NCBI GenBank assembly: GCA_963803975.1
Contig: CAWDOY010000014.1
Span: forward strand, 96,001-160,000
Reading direction: 5' to 3'
Origin: an uncultured delta proteobacterium
GTDB taxonomy: Bacteria; Desulfobacterota; WTBG01; CAIYCZ01
DNA length: 64,000 nt
Shown one piece after another: positions 1-11,596 of the stretch. How positions within the stretch are numbered: the stretch's first letter is position 1; every line of letters begins with the position of its first letter. The notes under the pieces were generated by a model. That model saw only the letters and a list, made by a program, of their open reading frames with translations. It searched no databases and was not told the DNA's origin. The position numbers were made by a program, and so were the translations under genes.

Positions 1-150
1 AGCCGGCTTGCTCGGCGCTGCGCTTGTCGTTACCGGGTTTTGTGTTTCTCTTCTATTTTCAACTGCCGCGGGTGATCCTTCGGTCAGCTCTTCAACCTCT
101 GCCTCAAATAATTTGCCATCTATCTTTATTTTAAATTTCCGTACCGACAT
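1..150 (-). CDS. Biotin/lipoyl carrier protein of a Na+-translocating decarboxylase (N-terminal part, runs off window)
   Basis: Manual translation MSVRKFKIKIDGKLFEAEVEEL followed by an Ala/Pro linker, typical of MmdC/GcdC-type carriers. AGGAG RBS upstream; follows an OadG-like gene. Confidence 0.75.
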   Translation of the reverse strand, partial: MSVRKFKIKIDGKLFEAEVEELTEGSPAAVENRRETQNPVTTSAAPSKPA

Positions 151-164
151 GACCCGACTCCTTT

Positions 165-467
165 CTATTCATGCATGTTCATTCTTCTTCTCATTATTTC
201 CTGTCTTCCAAAAAATCTCCAGGAAGAAACTTTTTCTTGTTTTCCAGACAAAACTATTTTCTTTATTCTAAAGGGTTTTTCCTCCATCATCATGGCTATC
301 GCTGCAACAAGTGCCGGCTTTTCATAATCATCACTTTCTCGTGTTGACTGCTGAGGAGGCAGCTCCTTTTTTTCTTCTTTTCTATAATTAAAAAAACTAT
401 AAACTAATGTTATTATTATTAAAATAACGGCAAGGTAACTTAAGGGTTCAATTGTTATTGGCTGCAT
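165..467 (-). CDS. OadG/MmdD-like decarboxylase anchoring subunit
   Basis: Single N-terminal TM helix, 'ALVAAIA' and C-terminal 'SSWRFFGRQEIM' motif; adjacent to a biotin carrier gene. Confidence 0.65.
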   Translation of the reverse strand: MQPITIEPLSYLAVILIIITLVYSFFNYRKEEKKELPPQQSTRESDDYEKPALVAAIAMMMEEKPFRIKKIVLSGKQEKVSSWRFFGRQEIMRRRMNMHE

Positions 468-469
468 GA

Positions 470-1597
470 CTACTCCGAAAGCATCGGCATTATAATATAG
501 GTTGAATTGGGCTTGGTGAGTGGATGAAAAATAAGCGGTTTGTTTTTATCTGAATCATTAATCTCCATCATTACATCATCATCTACCGCATTCAATATGT
601 CTAAAAAATATTTTCCGTTAATACTGAAGGAAATGCTCTTCTTAACTGCTTCTTCAATTTCCACTTTTTCCTGAACGCTTCCCACCTCATTGTCTTCAGT
701 AGATAATTCTAAAATATTCTCTTTAAAATTGAAGGAGACCGGCCGCTTATTCTCACTTGCTATAATTGACATGCGGCGCAGCGCTGATTTTATTTTTTCT
801 TTTTGTGCTACTATCTTTAGTTCGTTTTCTCCAGCCGGCGGGATTATATATTTATATTCAGGGAATTTTTTTTCTATCAGGCGTATAAAAAGCTCTATTT
901 CTCCTATTTTTATACTGAGGCTGTTTTTTATTACCTTTACCAAAATATTTTTTTCTTCTTTTTTGTCTGCTAAAACTTTTCTCAGTTCAATAATTCCTTT
1001 ATATGAAACAAGTATTCCCTCGGTTAGAGATATCTGTTCACCTATTTCTTCGTCTATCATTGACAGCCGGTAACCATCGGTTGTTACCATTCTCAGTTTA
1101 TTGTCTTCCAGCCGTTCAATAAAAGCTCCTGCTATATTTATTCTGGTTTCATCTCCAGACATTGAAAAAGCTGTATAGTCAATCATTATTTTAATTTTTT
1201 CCGTATCCCACTGACTATAAGCCGTTGTATCCTGCTGAAAAAAAAGAGGAAAATCCTCCGGCGGTAATCCTATAATATTAAAGCGCACCTTGCTGCTGGT
1301 AATTTCTATATGATAATTATCTTTTTCATCAATAGTAATTTCTTCTTCAGGTAATTCCCTTATTATTTCAAAAAATTTGCGTGCATTTACGGACAGTGTT
1401 CCCTCCTTTTTAATGATAACTTCATTATAGTGAGCTATCATGCCTATTTCCAGATTGGTGGCACTAACGGTTAATATGTTTTCCTTCGCCGTTATAAGAG
1501 CATTTGCCGTAATGGGCATGATACTGCTCTTCTCAACAACACTCTGAATTCTCGAGAGAGCAAGGAGAAGAACGTTTTTATTGATAATTATTTTCAT
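470..1597 (-). CDS. dnaN: DNA polymerase III beta sliding clamp
   Basis: 375 aa; ATNLEIG, TTDGYRL and C-terminal YIIMPM motifs; downstream of dnaA. Confidence 0.97.
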   Translation of the reverse strand: MKIIINKNVLLLALSRIQSVVEKSSIMPITANALITAKENILTVSATNLEIGMIAHYNEVIIKKEGTLSVNARKFFEIIRELPEEEITIDEKDNYHIEITSSKVRFNIIGLPPEDFPLFFQQDTTAYSQWDTEKIKIMIDYTAFSMSGDETRINIAGAFIERLEDNKLRMVTTDGYRLSMIDEEIGEQISLTEGILVSYKGIIELRKVLADKKEEKNILVKVIKNSLSIKIGEIELFIRLIEKKFPEYKYIIPPAGENELKIVAQKEKIKSALRRMSIIASENKRPVSFNFKENILELSTEDNEVGSVQEKVEIEEAVKKSISFSINGKYFLDILNAVDDDVMMEINDSDKNKPLIFHPLTKPNSTYIIMPMLSE

Positions 1598-1856
1598 AAA
1601 TAGTTCCGTTTCTAATATTAAATAAGAAGTAAATAAATATAATAAGCAGTAGTTATACCGTCACGTATCTGTTTAAAAGATATCTAACCCTTAGATATCA
1701 GAGATTATTTATACTGTATTCCCTGTTGATTGTTCTTTTAAAAGAGACTCATAAAAAAAATAAAAAATTAATACAGCAAAATTACACGAAGTTTTACAGA
1801 AGTCAAAAGAAATATTTTTATGGTAGTGCACAGCAAAAAAACAGTTAAAATAAAAA
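1598..1856. other. Candidate replication origin (oriC) in the dnaA-dnaN spacer
   Basis: Very AT-rich spacer with a DnaA-trio-like tract (minus strand AACTACTGCTTATTAT) before dnaN, recurrent ...ACAG half-boxes and a GATATCTAA-CCC-TTAGATATC palindrome (1679-1699). No perfect TTATCCACA. Confidence 0.6.
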
Positions 1857-3152
1857 TTAAAAATTTTGTATGATGGAGTCAATAATATTTTTTATTTTAT
1901 AGTCGCGCGTTATCTGTAACTCTATTTTTTTTATTGAATGAATTACCGTTGAATGATCCTTTCCACCAAAAATCTGTCCAATTTCCGGATAAGAAAGAGT
2001 GGTTAGTTTTCTCATCGCATACATGGCAACCTGCCTTGGCAAGACCACCGCACTGTTTTTTCTTTTGGTTTTTAAATCAGAAACCTTGGCATTAAAAAGT
2101 TTACAAACTAATTTTAAAATATCTTCCGGGGTGGTTTCTTTTTTTACTGCAATAACTTCTTTAAGAACCTCTTTTGTAAAATCCAGAGAGATATCCGTGC
2201 CGTAGAGGGAAGAATAGGCAATGAGACGGTTTAAAAAACCCTCCAGTTCTCTAATATTAGAACGGACATTACTGGCAAGAAAAAAAGCAACGTCGTTAGG
2301 TAGGTTAATGTTTTCTAAAACAGCCTTTTTTTTAAGAATGGCAACCTTGGTTTCTGTATCCGGAGATTGAATATCAGCAATCAGTCCCCATTCAAAACGG
2401 GAGCGCAGACGGTCTTCCAAACCCGGTATTTCCCGGGGGGTTTTATCGCTGGTGACAACCAGCTGTTTTTTTAATTCAAACAGCGCATTGAACGTATGAA
2501 AAAACTCCTCCTGGGTTCGTTCTTTTCCGGCTATAAATTGTATATCATCCAGGAGCATCATATCCATGTTTCTATATTTATTTCTAAAGGCCGTCATTTT
2601 TTCAAAACGTATGGAGTTAATCATCTCATTGGTAAAATTTTCCGCGGTAGTATAACAAATTTTTAACCGGCTGTTGTTACTGAGACACTGCTGAACAATA
2701 GCATGGAGCAGATGGGTTTTTCCCAGCCCGACACCACCATACATAAAAAGGGGATTATAGGTTCTTCCCGGGTGATTTGCCACAGCCATACAGGCAGCAT
2801 GGGCAAACTGATTACTGGAACCAACCACAAAATTATTAAAGACATATCTGGAATTTATGTTTTTAGGTATAAGTGCTGCTTGATCAGTATTGTCTGCCGG
2901 CAGTTCCGGGGTGTTTTTAATGGTAAAACATATTTCTGGCCGGGTGCCGGTTAAGGTAAACAAAACCCCTTTTATAATATCCAGATAGTTTTCTTTTAAC
3001 CAATCTGAAAAGAATTGGCTGGGGACCTCAATAGAGATAGTAGAAGCAGACAGGCTTTTAAGCTGAAGGGGCTTAAACCACGATTCATATATCTGCGCGG
3101 AGGTCTTTTCTTTTATGCTGTTTAAAAAATTTTCCCAGAAGGTTTTCAACAA
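1857..3152 (-). CDS. dnaA: Chromosomal replication initiator DnaA
   Basis: YNPLFMYGGVGLGKTHL Walker A, LLDDIQF Walker B, GGKDHSTVIHS domain IV. Confidence 0.98.
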   Translation of the reverse strand: MLKTFWENFLNSIKEKTSAQIYESWFKPLQLKSLSASTISIEVPSQFFSDWLKENYLDIIKGVLFTLTGTRPEICFTIKNTPELPADNTDQAALIPKNINSRYVFNNFVVGSSNQFAHAACMAVANHPGRTYNPLFMYGGVGLGKTHLLHAIVQQCLSNNSRLKICYTTAENFTNEMINSIRFEKMTAFRNKYRNMDMMLLDDIQFIAGKERTQEEFFHTFNALFELKKQLVVTSDKTPREIPGLEDRLRSRFEWGLIADIQSPDTETKVAILKKKAVLENINLPNDVAFFLASNVRSNIRELEGFLNRLIAYSSLYGTDISLDFTKEVLKEVIAVKKETTPEDILKLVCKLFNAKVSDLKTKRKNSAVVLPRQVAMYAMRKLTTLSYPEIGQIFGGKDHSTVIHSIKKIELQITRDYKIKNIIDSIIQNF

Positions 3153-3308
3153 TAGATCCTTTATGACCGGAGAACGGGAACGGGTTCACGCCTCGTTGCC
3201 CGCGCCAGCAGAAAACTTTGACAGGTCCGTAGAAACTTGAAACAGAAAAGCACTTTATAATTACTGACAAAAAATTTCAAGGGGTTTCCCCTCTCGCGGG
3301 GCGCGAAA

Positions 3309-4413
3309 TTATCTTTGATATTTAAATTTGCGCATACCAACATTTAATAATAGACCAACAGCAAACAGGCTTGATAACATCGAAGAACCGCCATAGCTGA
3401 AAAAGGGCAGCGGAACACCCACAACCGGAAATAAACCGATGGTCATGCCCAGATTGATTATTATTTGCCAGAAAAGGATAAAAACAATACAGATGGCCAG
3501 AAGAGACCCGGAAACATTTTTTGCATTAAAGGCAATGCCCAGGCCGCGATATAAAATAATAAAAAACAGCAGCAGCAGAACCGCGCAGCCGACGAACCCC
3601 CACTCTTCCCCCCAAACAGAAAAAGCAAAATCCGTATGCTGCTCAGGAAGAAACCGCAGCTGACTCTGCGTTCCCAGGGTAAAGCCCTTTCCCCAAAAAC
3701 TGCCAGAGCCAATGGCAATCTTCGATTGAATAATCTGATACCCTGAGTGCAGCGGGTCCAGCTCGGGATTTAAAAAAGTGAGGACCCGTTTTTTCTGATA
3801 ATCTTTTAAAAAAAACCACAGCAGCGGCAGGAACAGACTCGCTGATATACCACAGGCAATAAAAGATTTTTTATCAACACGCACGAAAAAAAGCAGAGAA
3901 CAGAAGACCAGGACAATAATGCCGCCCGTTCCCAGGTCAGGCTGAATGTAAATAAGGAAAAACGTCAGAACCAGAAAGGAAAAGGGGAATAACAGATCGA
4001 GCAGGCGAAAGGGTTTCGCTGAGCTGTTTTCAAAATAAAACTTGCACAGGGCGAGGACAAAAGTAATTTTTGCCAGTTCCGATGGCTGGATGGTAATGGG
4101 CCCCAGGGACAACCAGCGCTGGGACCCCAGCTTTGTTTTCCCGAGGAATATGACCACCAAGAGAAGCAGCAGGGTAAATGGCATGGAGATAATAGGAGTA
4201 GCGGATAATCGTAATATAGTTGACCGGGATGACACAAAAAATAACTACCAACCCCAGCGCAACCCAGTACAGCTGCCGGTAGAAATAGATGGAAGAGGCT
4301 TCCCAGGAAGAAGAGCAAATACTGTACAGATTTAAAAGCCCCAGTGCGGTGACCAGAAAAACCGCAATAAACAGCCCGCCATCAAAATTTACTAATAACC
4401 GTCGGTCAAACAT
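3309..4413 (-). CDS. rodA: Rod shape-determining SEDS glycosyltransferase RodA (one +1 frameshift near 4177, probably an assembly error)
   Basis: N-terminus MFDRRLL... in ORF 4030-4428; the rest (QPSELAK, QPDLGT, LPEQHTDF, LPFFSYGGSS) is in ORF 3309-4235. Confidence 0.92.
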
Positions 4414-4420
4414 AAGGCCC

Positions 4421-6274
4421 TTAGTCAAGCACCTCCGGCAGCGCCGGAGGGATATCAGTGCTTACTGAAGAAAGATGCAAAAAACTTTTTATAACTTCCT
4501 TTGCCACGGGAGCAGCTGCGCTTCCTCCGTGGCCGCCATTCTCAATGAATACGGCAACGACAATACGGGGGTTTTCAACCGGCGCCATGGCCACAAACCA
4601 CGCATGGTCATTAGTAGTAGACGGCGCTGAACCGGGAGAAGGGCTGCTCTGGAGGCTGATAACCTGAGCAGTTCCGGTTTTACCCGCGACGGTTATGCCA
4701 TCAATGCGTGCCCGGCCACCGGTTCCCCGCGGATCATTGACCACCCCCGCGATAGCATCTTTTATAAATGAAACCGTCTGGGGAGTAATGGTCAACAGGG
4801 TTTTTTTTGCGGGCGGAAAAGAGATGGTTTCCGTGCCCTCTTTTACTTTCAGCACCAGCCGCGGCTTGGGTATAAAGGAGCCATTGGCGATGCCGCAGAA
4901 GGCAGCAGCAATCTGCAGGGGCGTGGTAAGCACAGAGCCCTGCCCGATAGCAGTATTAATGGTTTCTCCGCGCTGCCATTTGGTACCGTAGCGTTTTAGT
5001 TTCCATTCCGGCGTTGGCAGCAGACCGCTTTTTTCTTCGTCAAGCTCGATGCCGGTTTTTGTCCCCAGCCCGAGCAGGGCCGCATATTTTGCGATGTTCT
5101 GTATGCCGATGGCATTTCCCAGCTGATAAAAATAGACATCACAGGATTCCACAATGGCCCGGTGCAGATTCACCGCACCGTGTCCTTCTTTTCTCCAGCA
5201 ATGGAACACATGGCTGCCCATATCAAAATATCCCGGGCAGGCAAATTCTTTCTGTGGATCAATCAGCCCCTCTTCGAGCGCGGCAAGGGCAACGATTATT
5301 TTAAATACCGACCCGGGCGGCTGCTGGCTCTGCAGCGCCCGGTTCATGAGCGGATTATTGGGGCTTCTGAGCAGGTTTTGCCACTCCTCTGCATCTATGC
5401 TGCGCGAGAACAGATTTGGATCAAATCCGGGAGAGCTGACCATAACCAGCACATCACCCTGCCAGGGATCCAGCGCCACCACCGCACCCTTTTTATCTTT
5501 CAGCAGCGCCTCCGCTGTCAGTTGTGCTTCGCGGTCAATAGAAAGAAACAGGTCACTGCCCGAGACCGGGTCGATTTGTGCCAGGATGTTTTTTTTATGG
5601 CCCAGAGCATCAACTTCTGTTTGATATCCGCCCGGCTCTCCCCGCAAATAAAGTTCCCCCCATTTTTCTATCCCGCATTTGCCGATCAGATCCCCGTGGG
5701 CATAATCGCTGTAAAAGTCTTTTTTTAGTTCCTGGCGGCCAATCTCTCCTAAATAGCCTAACAGATGTGAGGACCCGGTGCCGAGATGATATCTTCGCTG
5801 GGGTACGACTTCAATAGTAACACCATTAAGGTCTATTCTGTTGGAAGTAATGGCAGCCATCTGCGTCCAGGACAGGTTTTGTTTCAGCACGATGGGCTCA
5901 AAGGGCGGCCGGCCCTTGCCTTGAGCAAGCTTTTTGGTCAGGACGTCTATTGGTTCCCGGAGCAACCGGGAGAGATTCTGTAGAACCCCCGTCTTATCCG
6001 GCGCATCCTGTGGCGTGAGGGTCAGGTCAAAGGAAGGGATATTTTCCACCAGCGCAGCCCCCGTGCGATCAAAGATGAACCCGCGCGGCGCCGTTATGCT
6101 GGTAATCCGGATCCTGTTATTTGTTGACAGATCGCAATATACCGCGCCCTTTAAAATTTGCAGATACCACAGCCGGAAAAAAACAAAAAAACCACAGATG
6201 AGCACAAAGGTAACCGCCAGGGGGATTTTTTTGTTCAGATCTTTTTCAAGCGCTGGATTGGACTGTATATACAT
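4421..6274 (-). CDS. mrdA: Penicillin-binding protein 2
   Basis: PGSVFK (SxxK), SCD and KTGT motifs; within the mre operon. Confidence 0.96.
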   Translation of the reverse strand: MYIQSNPALEKDLNKKIPLAVTFVLICGFFVFFRLWYLQILKGAVYCDLSTNNRIRITSITAPRGFIFDRTGAALVENIPSFDLTLTPQDAPDKTGVLQNLSRLLREPIDVLTKKLAQGKGRPPFEPIVLKQNLSWTQMAAITSNRIDLNGVTIEVVPQRRYHLGTGSSHLLGYLGEIGRQELKKDFYSDYAHGDLIGKCGIEKWGELYLRGEPGGYQTEVDALGHKKNILAQIDPVSGSDLFLSIDREAQLTAEALLKDKKGAVVALDPWQGDVLVMVSSPGFDPNLFSRSIDAEEWQNLLRSPNNPLMNRALQSQQPPGSVFKIIVALAALEEGLIDPQKEFACPGYFDMGSHVFHCWRKEGHGAVNLHRAIVESCDVYFYQLGNAIGIQNIAKYAALLGLGTKTGIELDEEKSGLLPTPEWKLKRYGTKWQRGETINTAIGQGSVLTTPLQIAAAFCGIANGSFIPKPRLVLKVKEGTETISFPPAKKTLLTITPQTVSFIKDAIAGVVNDPRGTGGRARIDGITVAGKTGTAQVISLQSSPSPGSAPSTTNDHAWFVAMAPVENPRIVVAVFIENGGHGGSAAAPVAKEVIKSFLHLSSVSTDIPPALPEVLD

Positions 6275-6277
6275 ATT

Positions 6278-6835
6278 CTATGAAGCAGCTGTTTTAGCAG
6301 ACGAAGGTTGGAAAAAACCCCTGAAAAGATTAATTGCATTATTCTGCGACACGCTGTTTATTACATAATCGAGAAACAGCAGGACCACGGGAGCTACTGC
6401 GACCGTGAATGCCAGCTGTTTGGGAAGAATGTTTTTTAAGCTCGCGAGCAGGTGCGGATTCTTGTGAAATAACCAGCATAACATAAAGACCAGCCCCCCC
6501 TCAAGGATGCTGCCAAAAACAACCAGCAGTATCTGGAGATAAATGGAGCGAAGATCAAAAGCGTTTTTTAGCAGGTCGATGGAGACGAAGAAGAACAGAT
6601 ACACGAAAGCATACAGGCCAAAAGGGCCGCCGGAAAACACGGCACAGAAATAACCCAGCAGCGACACCAGGACTGCGCCCGCGCCCAGTTCCAGCTCCGG
6701 CCGGGTTCCCAGGTAAAGCACCAGAATCAAAACCAGATCCGGGCGAATGCCCTGCTGTGTAAAGGGCAGGAGCGGGTGTGCTTGAATACCTAAAAGAGCC
6801 ACACCGAGCAGAACATACAGGAGATATAAACGCAT
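6278..6835 (-). CDS. mreD: Rod shape-determining protein MreD
   Basis: Hydrophobic protein with RPDLVLILV motif between mreC and mrdA; ATG at 6835 has a GAGG RBS. Confidence 0.85.
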   Translation of the reverse strand: MRLYLLYVLLGVALLGIQAHPLLPFTQQGIRPDLVLILVLYLGTRPELELGAGAVLVSLLGYFCAVFSGGPFGLYAFVYLFFFVSIDLLKNAFDLRSIYLQILLVVFGSILEGGLVFMLCWLFHKNPHLLASLKNILPKQLAFTVAVAPVVLLFLDYVINSVSQNNAINLFRGFFQPSSAKTAAS

Positions 6836-6874
6836 CTCATCCTCACCTTGTGTGCGTTGAGAAAAAAACATCGG

Positions 6875-7687
6875 TTACGGTATCACCACGAACACCTCTT
6901 CCAGCTTAGAAAAATCAACAGCAGGCTTTATCTCGACCAGCTGAAAAAACCCCGGGCTGTTTCTTACCACATTCACCACGGCACCGACCACGATCCCCTT
7001 GGGAATTATCTCATCTAACCCGGAGGTTACAATAATATCTCCGTTTTGGAGGTCTTCGTTTTTTGAGACGAAGCGCAGCTCACAGCGCTCTTCAGTGCGT
7101 CCCTCTATGATACCCTTGGCACGGGAGCGCTGCACCAGGATATCAAGAGCACTATTACGGTCAATGATTAAGAGAACTTTTGCTGTCGTCTTCTGCGCTT
7201 CGAGAATTTTCCCCACAATCCCGCGCGCCGTCATCACCGCGGCTCCGCGCCGTATGCCGCTGTCTGTTCCCTTATCAATCATCAGGGTGCGAAACCAGCT
7301 CGAGGGGTCCCGGCCAATAATTTCCGCGGGAATAAAGTGGTACGGGAGTTTTTTTTTGAAACCGAGGAGCTCGCGCAGGCGGCTGTTTTCAAGGGCTGTT
7401 TCCTGCAGCAGCTGATTTTCACGCTGCAGGTCTGCGACCGCTTTTTGCAGCAGAACATTTTCGCTGCGCACGCTAACGAGATTGAAATAGCCCAGCCAGA
7501 GGCGATAGGCTTTGTTGAAGGCTATGGTAGAAAGCTTTAACGGCGGGGAAAGAACGGGTATGATTATGGCATCAAAAAGTCCCCCTCCTTCTCTTTTCTC
7601 GATATCCCGGGCCAGCAGCGTTAACGAGACCAGAAAAAGCACGGCAATAAGAATAACCCTTTTTCTTTTCAGAAGAAACTGCAGCAT
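6875..7687 (-). CDS. mreC: Rod shape-determining protein MreC
   Basis: TM helix, coiled coil ENSRLRELL, IDKG, VTSGL and LEEVFV motifs. Confidence 0.95.
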   Translation of the reverse strand: MLQFLLKRKRVILIAVLFLVSLTLLARDIEKREGGGLFDAIIIPVLSPPLKLSTIAFNKAYRLWLGYFNLVSVRSENVLLQKAVADLQRENQLLQETALENSRLRELLGFKKKLPYHFIPAEIIGRDPSSWFRTLMIDKGTDSGIRRGAAVMTARGIVGKILEAQKTTAKVLLIIDRNSALDILVQRSRAKGIIEGRTEERCELRFVSKNEDLQNGDIIVTSGLDEIIPKGIVVGAVVNVVRNSPGFFQLVEIKPAVDFSKLEEVFVVIP

Positions 7688-7706
7688 TGCTGACCCTGCC
7701 CCAGCC

Positions 7707-8825
<1,119 letters not shown>

Positions 8826-9020
8826 TTATATTAAAAGGAACTGATGTATATGAAAATCAATTATATGTTTTCGACTAATAGCAGACACGGTACAGAAGTG
8901 CAAGAAAATAATAAAATGCCTTGAAAAACTTAGCAGTTTTTACTAACATTGAAAGACTAACCGTTAACAGATTAATTAAAACAGTTTTGTATAGTGGTAT
9001 AACCGCGCGGAGGCACGAGC

Positions 9021-10934
9021 ATGTTAAGCTTTATGAGGAAAAATGCAAAGTCGTGGATTGTTAAAATCCTGTTCGTCATTATCATTCTGGTTTTTGTTTT
9101 CTTTTACGGATATTCTGACATGCGCCAGGGAAAAGAAACCGCACTTGCTTCAGTGGGAAAGAAAAAAATAACCATTGGCGAATACCAGGAGGCATATAAG
9201 AACATGCTCCAGTTTTACCGCAATATCTACCAGGGCCAGCTTACGGAAGAGATGATCCGGCAAATGGGGCTGAAGCAGAAAGCGCTGGAAAACCTGATTG
9301 AGCGCGAGATCCTCCTCCAGGAAGCCGGCAGGATGAAAATGCAGGCAACCGCTGAAGAGGTGCGAACGAACATTATGAAGACCCCGGCATTCCAGGAGAA
9401 TGGCAGCTTCAGCCAGCAGAATTATGAACGGACACTGCGCTATTATAACCTATCGACAGCTGATTTTGAAATGAACCAGGAGAAAGAGATAATCATAAAA
9501 AAGCTCGAAGACCTGGTAAAAAGCGCTGCCCGGTATTCTGACCAGGAACTGCGCAACCAGTTTCTCCTGGAAAACGAAAAGGCGACCATAGAGTACCTGG
9601 CGTTTAGTCCTGAGGCGATCAAGGAAAACCCTGCGGTGAGCCCCCAGGAGATAGAGAATTATTATAAGAAACATGCCGAGGAGTTTCGCCTGCCGGCAAT
9701 GGTTAAGGCGCAGTATATACTGTTTTCCCCCGAGAACTATGAAAACAAGGTGACGGTTGCGCCGGCAGAATTAAAAGAATATTATCAAATGGATACGGAG
9801 AGGTTTTCAGAACCAAAGAAGGTGAAGGCCCGGCACATACTTTTAAAAACCGGCAAAACCGACACCCCGGAAAAGGTAGCGGCAGTGAAAAAGCGGGCAG
9901 AGGAGCTTCTGCAGAAAATAAAAAAGGGTGAAGATTTTGCAAAGCTGGCAGAGAAGAATTCCGAGGACACCGGCTCTGCAGCAAAGGGCGGAGACCTGGG
10001 ATATTTCAAGAAGGGCGACATGGTAAAGCCGTTTGAAGAGGCGGCCTTTAGCCAGAAACCCGGCGAGGTGAGCAGCCCGGTTCAATCTACCTTCGGGTTT
10101 CATATCATCCGGGTTGATGACGTGAAAGAGGCGTATACCAAAACCTTTGATGAAGTTAAGGGGGTTATAGAAAAAGAGCTCAAGCAGGAGGCAGCTAAAA
10201 AGCTTGCCCGGGAAGAAGCACACCGGGCGTACAACCGGCTCTTTAAAAGTAAAGATATTGCCGGCTATGCAAAACAGAACGGGCTTAAAATAGAAGAGAC
10301 CGATTATTTCACCTCCGGCAGCGGCCCGGAAGACGCGACAGAAAAGAACGCTTTTTCTGAGGCAGCGTTTTCCATCAACGCCGGGGAGATAGCGCCGATT
10401 TTTGCGTTAGGCCCAAAATATGTTTTGCTAAAGCTGGAAGGGAAAAAAGCATCCCGCATTCCGCCGGTACAGGAAGTAACGGACGCGGTTAAAAAAATCC
10501 TGGAAAAGGAAAAGAAGACCGCGCTGGCAAAAGAGCAGGCAGAGAAACTGCTTGCCGGCCTGAAAAGCGGTAAAGAAGAGTGGGCAGCAGCCGCTAAAGC
10601 GAACAAACTGGAAATAAAAACGACTAAAGAGTTTACCCGCAGGGGTGATTTTATTCCGGAGATAGGGCCGGCGCGGCTGCTGAAAGAAGCGGCATTTACC
10701 TTGAGCGAGAAGAACCCGTATCCAGACAAAGTTTTTGAAACAGATAAGGGTCAGCTGCTTATCCGGTTAAAGGCGCGCCAGAAGCCGGGCGAGGAAGAAT
10801 TTCTGAAACAAAAAGAGCGGCTGCAAAAACAGCTGGTACAGATGAAGAAAGAGGAACTGTTTAATCAGTTTCTGGAAGGGCTGAAGACAAAGGCAGAAAT
10901 AAAGGTGGATAAGAAGCTGCTGGCTTCAGACTGA
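9021..10934 (+). CDS. ppiD: PpiD/SurA-N domain peptidyl-prolyl isomerase
   Basis: N-terminal TM, SurA-N region and parvulin domain (ARHIL, GGDLGYF, STFGFHII). Confidence 0.9.
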   Translation: MLSFMRKNAKSWIVKILFVIIILVFVFFYGYSDMRQGKETALASVGKKKITIGEYQEAYKNMLQFYRNIYQGQLTEEMIRQMGLKQKALENLIEREILLQEAGRMKMQATAEEVRTNIMKTPAFQENGSFSQQNYERTLRYYNLSTADFEMNQEKEIIIKKLEDLVKSAARYSDQELRNQFLLENEKATIEYLAFSPEAIKENPAVSPQEIENYYKKHAEEFRLPAMVKAQYILFSPENYENKVTVAPAELKEYYQMDTERFSEPKKVKARHILLKTGKTDTPEKVAAVKKRAEELLQKIKKGEDFAKLAEKNSEDTGSAAKGGDLGYFKKGDMVKPFEEAAFSQKPGEVSSPVQSTFGFHIIRVDDVKEAYTKTFDEVKGVIEKELKQEAAKKLAREEAHRAYNRLFKSKDIAGYAKQNGLKIEETDYFTSGSGPEDATEKNAFSEAAFSINAGEIAPIFALGPKYVLLKLEGKKASRIPPVQEVTDAVKKILEKEKKTALAKEQAEKLLAGLKSGKEEWAAAAKANKLEIKTTKEFTRRGDFIPEIGPARLLKEAAFTLSEKNPYPDKVFETDKGQLLIRLKARQKPGEEEFLKQKERLQKQLVQMKKEELFNQFLEGLKTKAEIKVDKKLLASD

Positions 10935-11080
10935 CAGGCTGTTGAAAAACACCCATCTGCTGCGTTGCGCTTATCCCTCGTCATTGCAGCGTACCGCGCA
11001 GTACGCCTCATTCCTCGTGATTGCGCGCGCCTTGCATCTGAATGTTTTTGACCAGCCCGAAACATTTTTTCAATAACCTG
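10935..11080. mobile_element. MITE-like palindromic repeat element
   Basis: Terminal IRs CAGGCTGTTGAAAAA / TTTTTCAATAACCTG (13/15 match), internal palindromes (GCGTAC...GTACGC), no transposase; starts right at the ppiD stop. Confidence 0.7.
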
Positions 11081-11126
11081 CTAATACAGCAGCTACAGTT
11101 CGCAGAGTCCGGAGAATGGCTGAATA

Positions 11127-11579
11127 ATGGCTGGTGGAGAGAACCCGGAGTTGGTTATCGATAAGGAAGGGACCTGGCTTTATAACGGACAGCCGATTGT
11201 AAACAAGGCTATTTATCTCTTCTTTAATCAGAACCTGGAATATAGCCCGGCGGGCGGATACCAGGTCCGGGTCGGCGCAGAAGTCTCCCCGGTTGCGGTG
11301 GAAGATACACCGTTTGTGGTTACGGACGTGGTTTTGGTTGAGCAGGGGGAGAGCTTTTTTAAAATTCATCTCAATGACGAAACAGAAGAGCCGCTTGATC
11401 TGGAATCGCTCTCGGTGGGAAAAGATAATGTGCTCTACTGCGCGGTAAAGAGCGGAAAGTTCAGTGCCCGCTTTCTACGGCCCAGCTATTACCGCCTGAC
11501 CGAGCACATGCAGCAGGAGGGAGAAGACCGGTTCTATATTCCCCTGAACGGGAGGAAGTATTATATAAACAGTGACTAG
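11127..11579 (+). CDS. DUF1285-like protein
   Basis: 'IDKEGTWLYNG', 'VEDTPFVV' and 'ARFLRPSYYRL' resemble DUF1285. Confidence 0.7.
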   Translation: MAGGENPELVIDKEGTWLYNGQPIVNKAIYLFFNQNLEYSPAGGYQVRVGAEVSPVAVEDTPFVVTDVVLVEQGESFFKIHLNDETEEPLDLESLSVGKDNVLYCAVKSGKFSARFLRPSYYRLTEHMQQEGEDRFYIPLNGRKYYINSD

Positions 11580-11596
11580 TGCGTGCAGCGACAGGC

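Noticed and set aside
3153..3308. rpmH upstream of dnaA
   Set aside because: No MKRT..P-like ORF on either strand.
3309..4413. rodA and proC as true pseudogenes or programmed frameshifts
   Set aside because: Single-base indels in short runs within otherwise conserved housekeeping genes are better explained as assembly errors; reads are needed to confirm.
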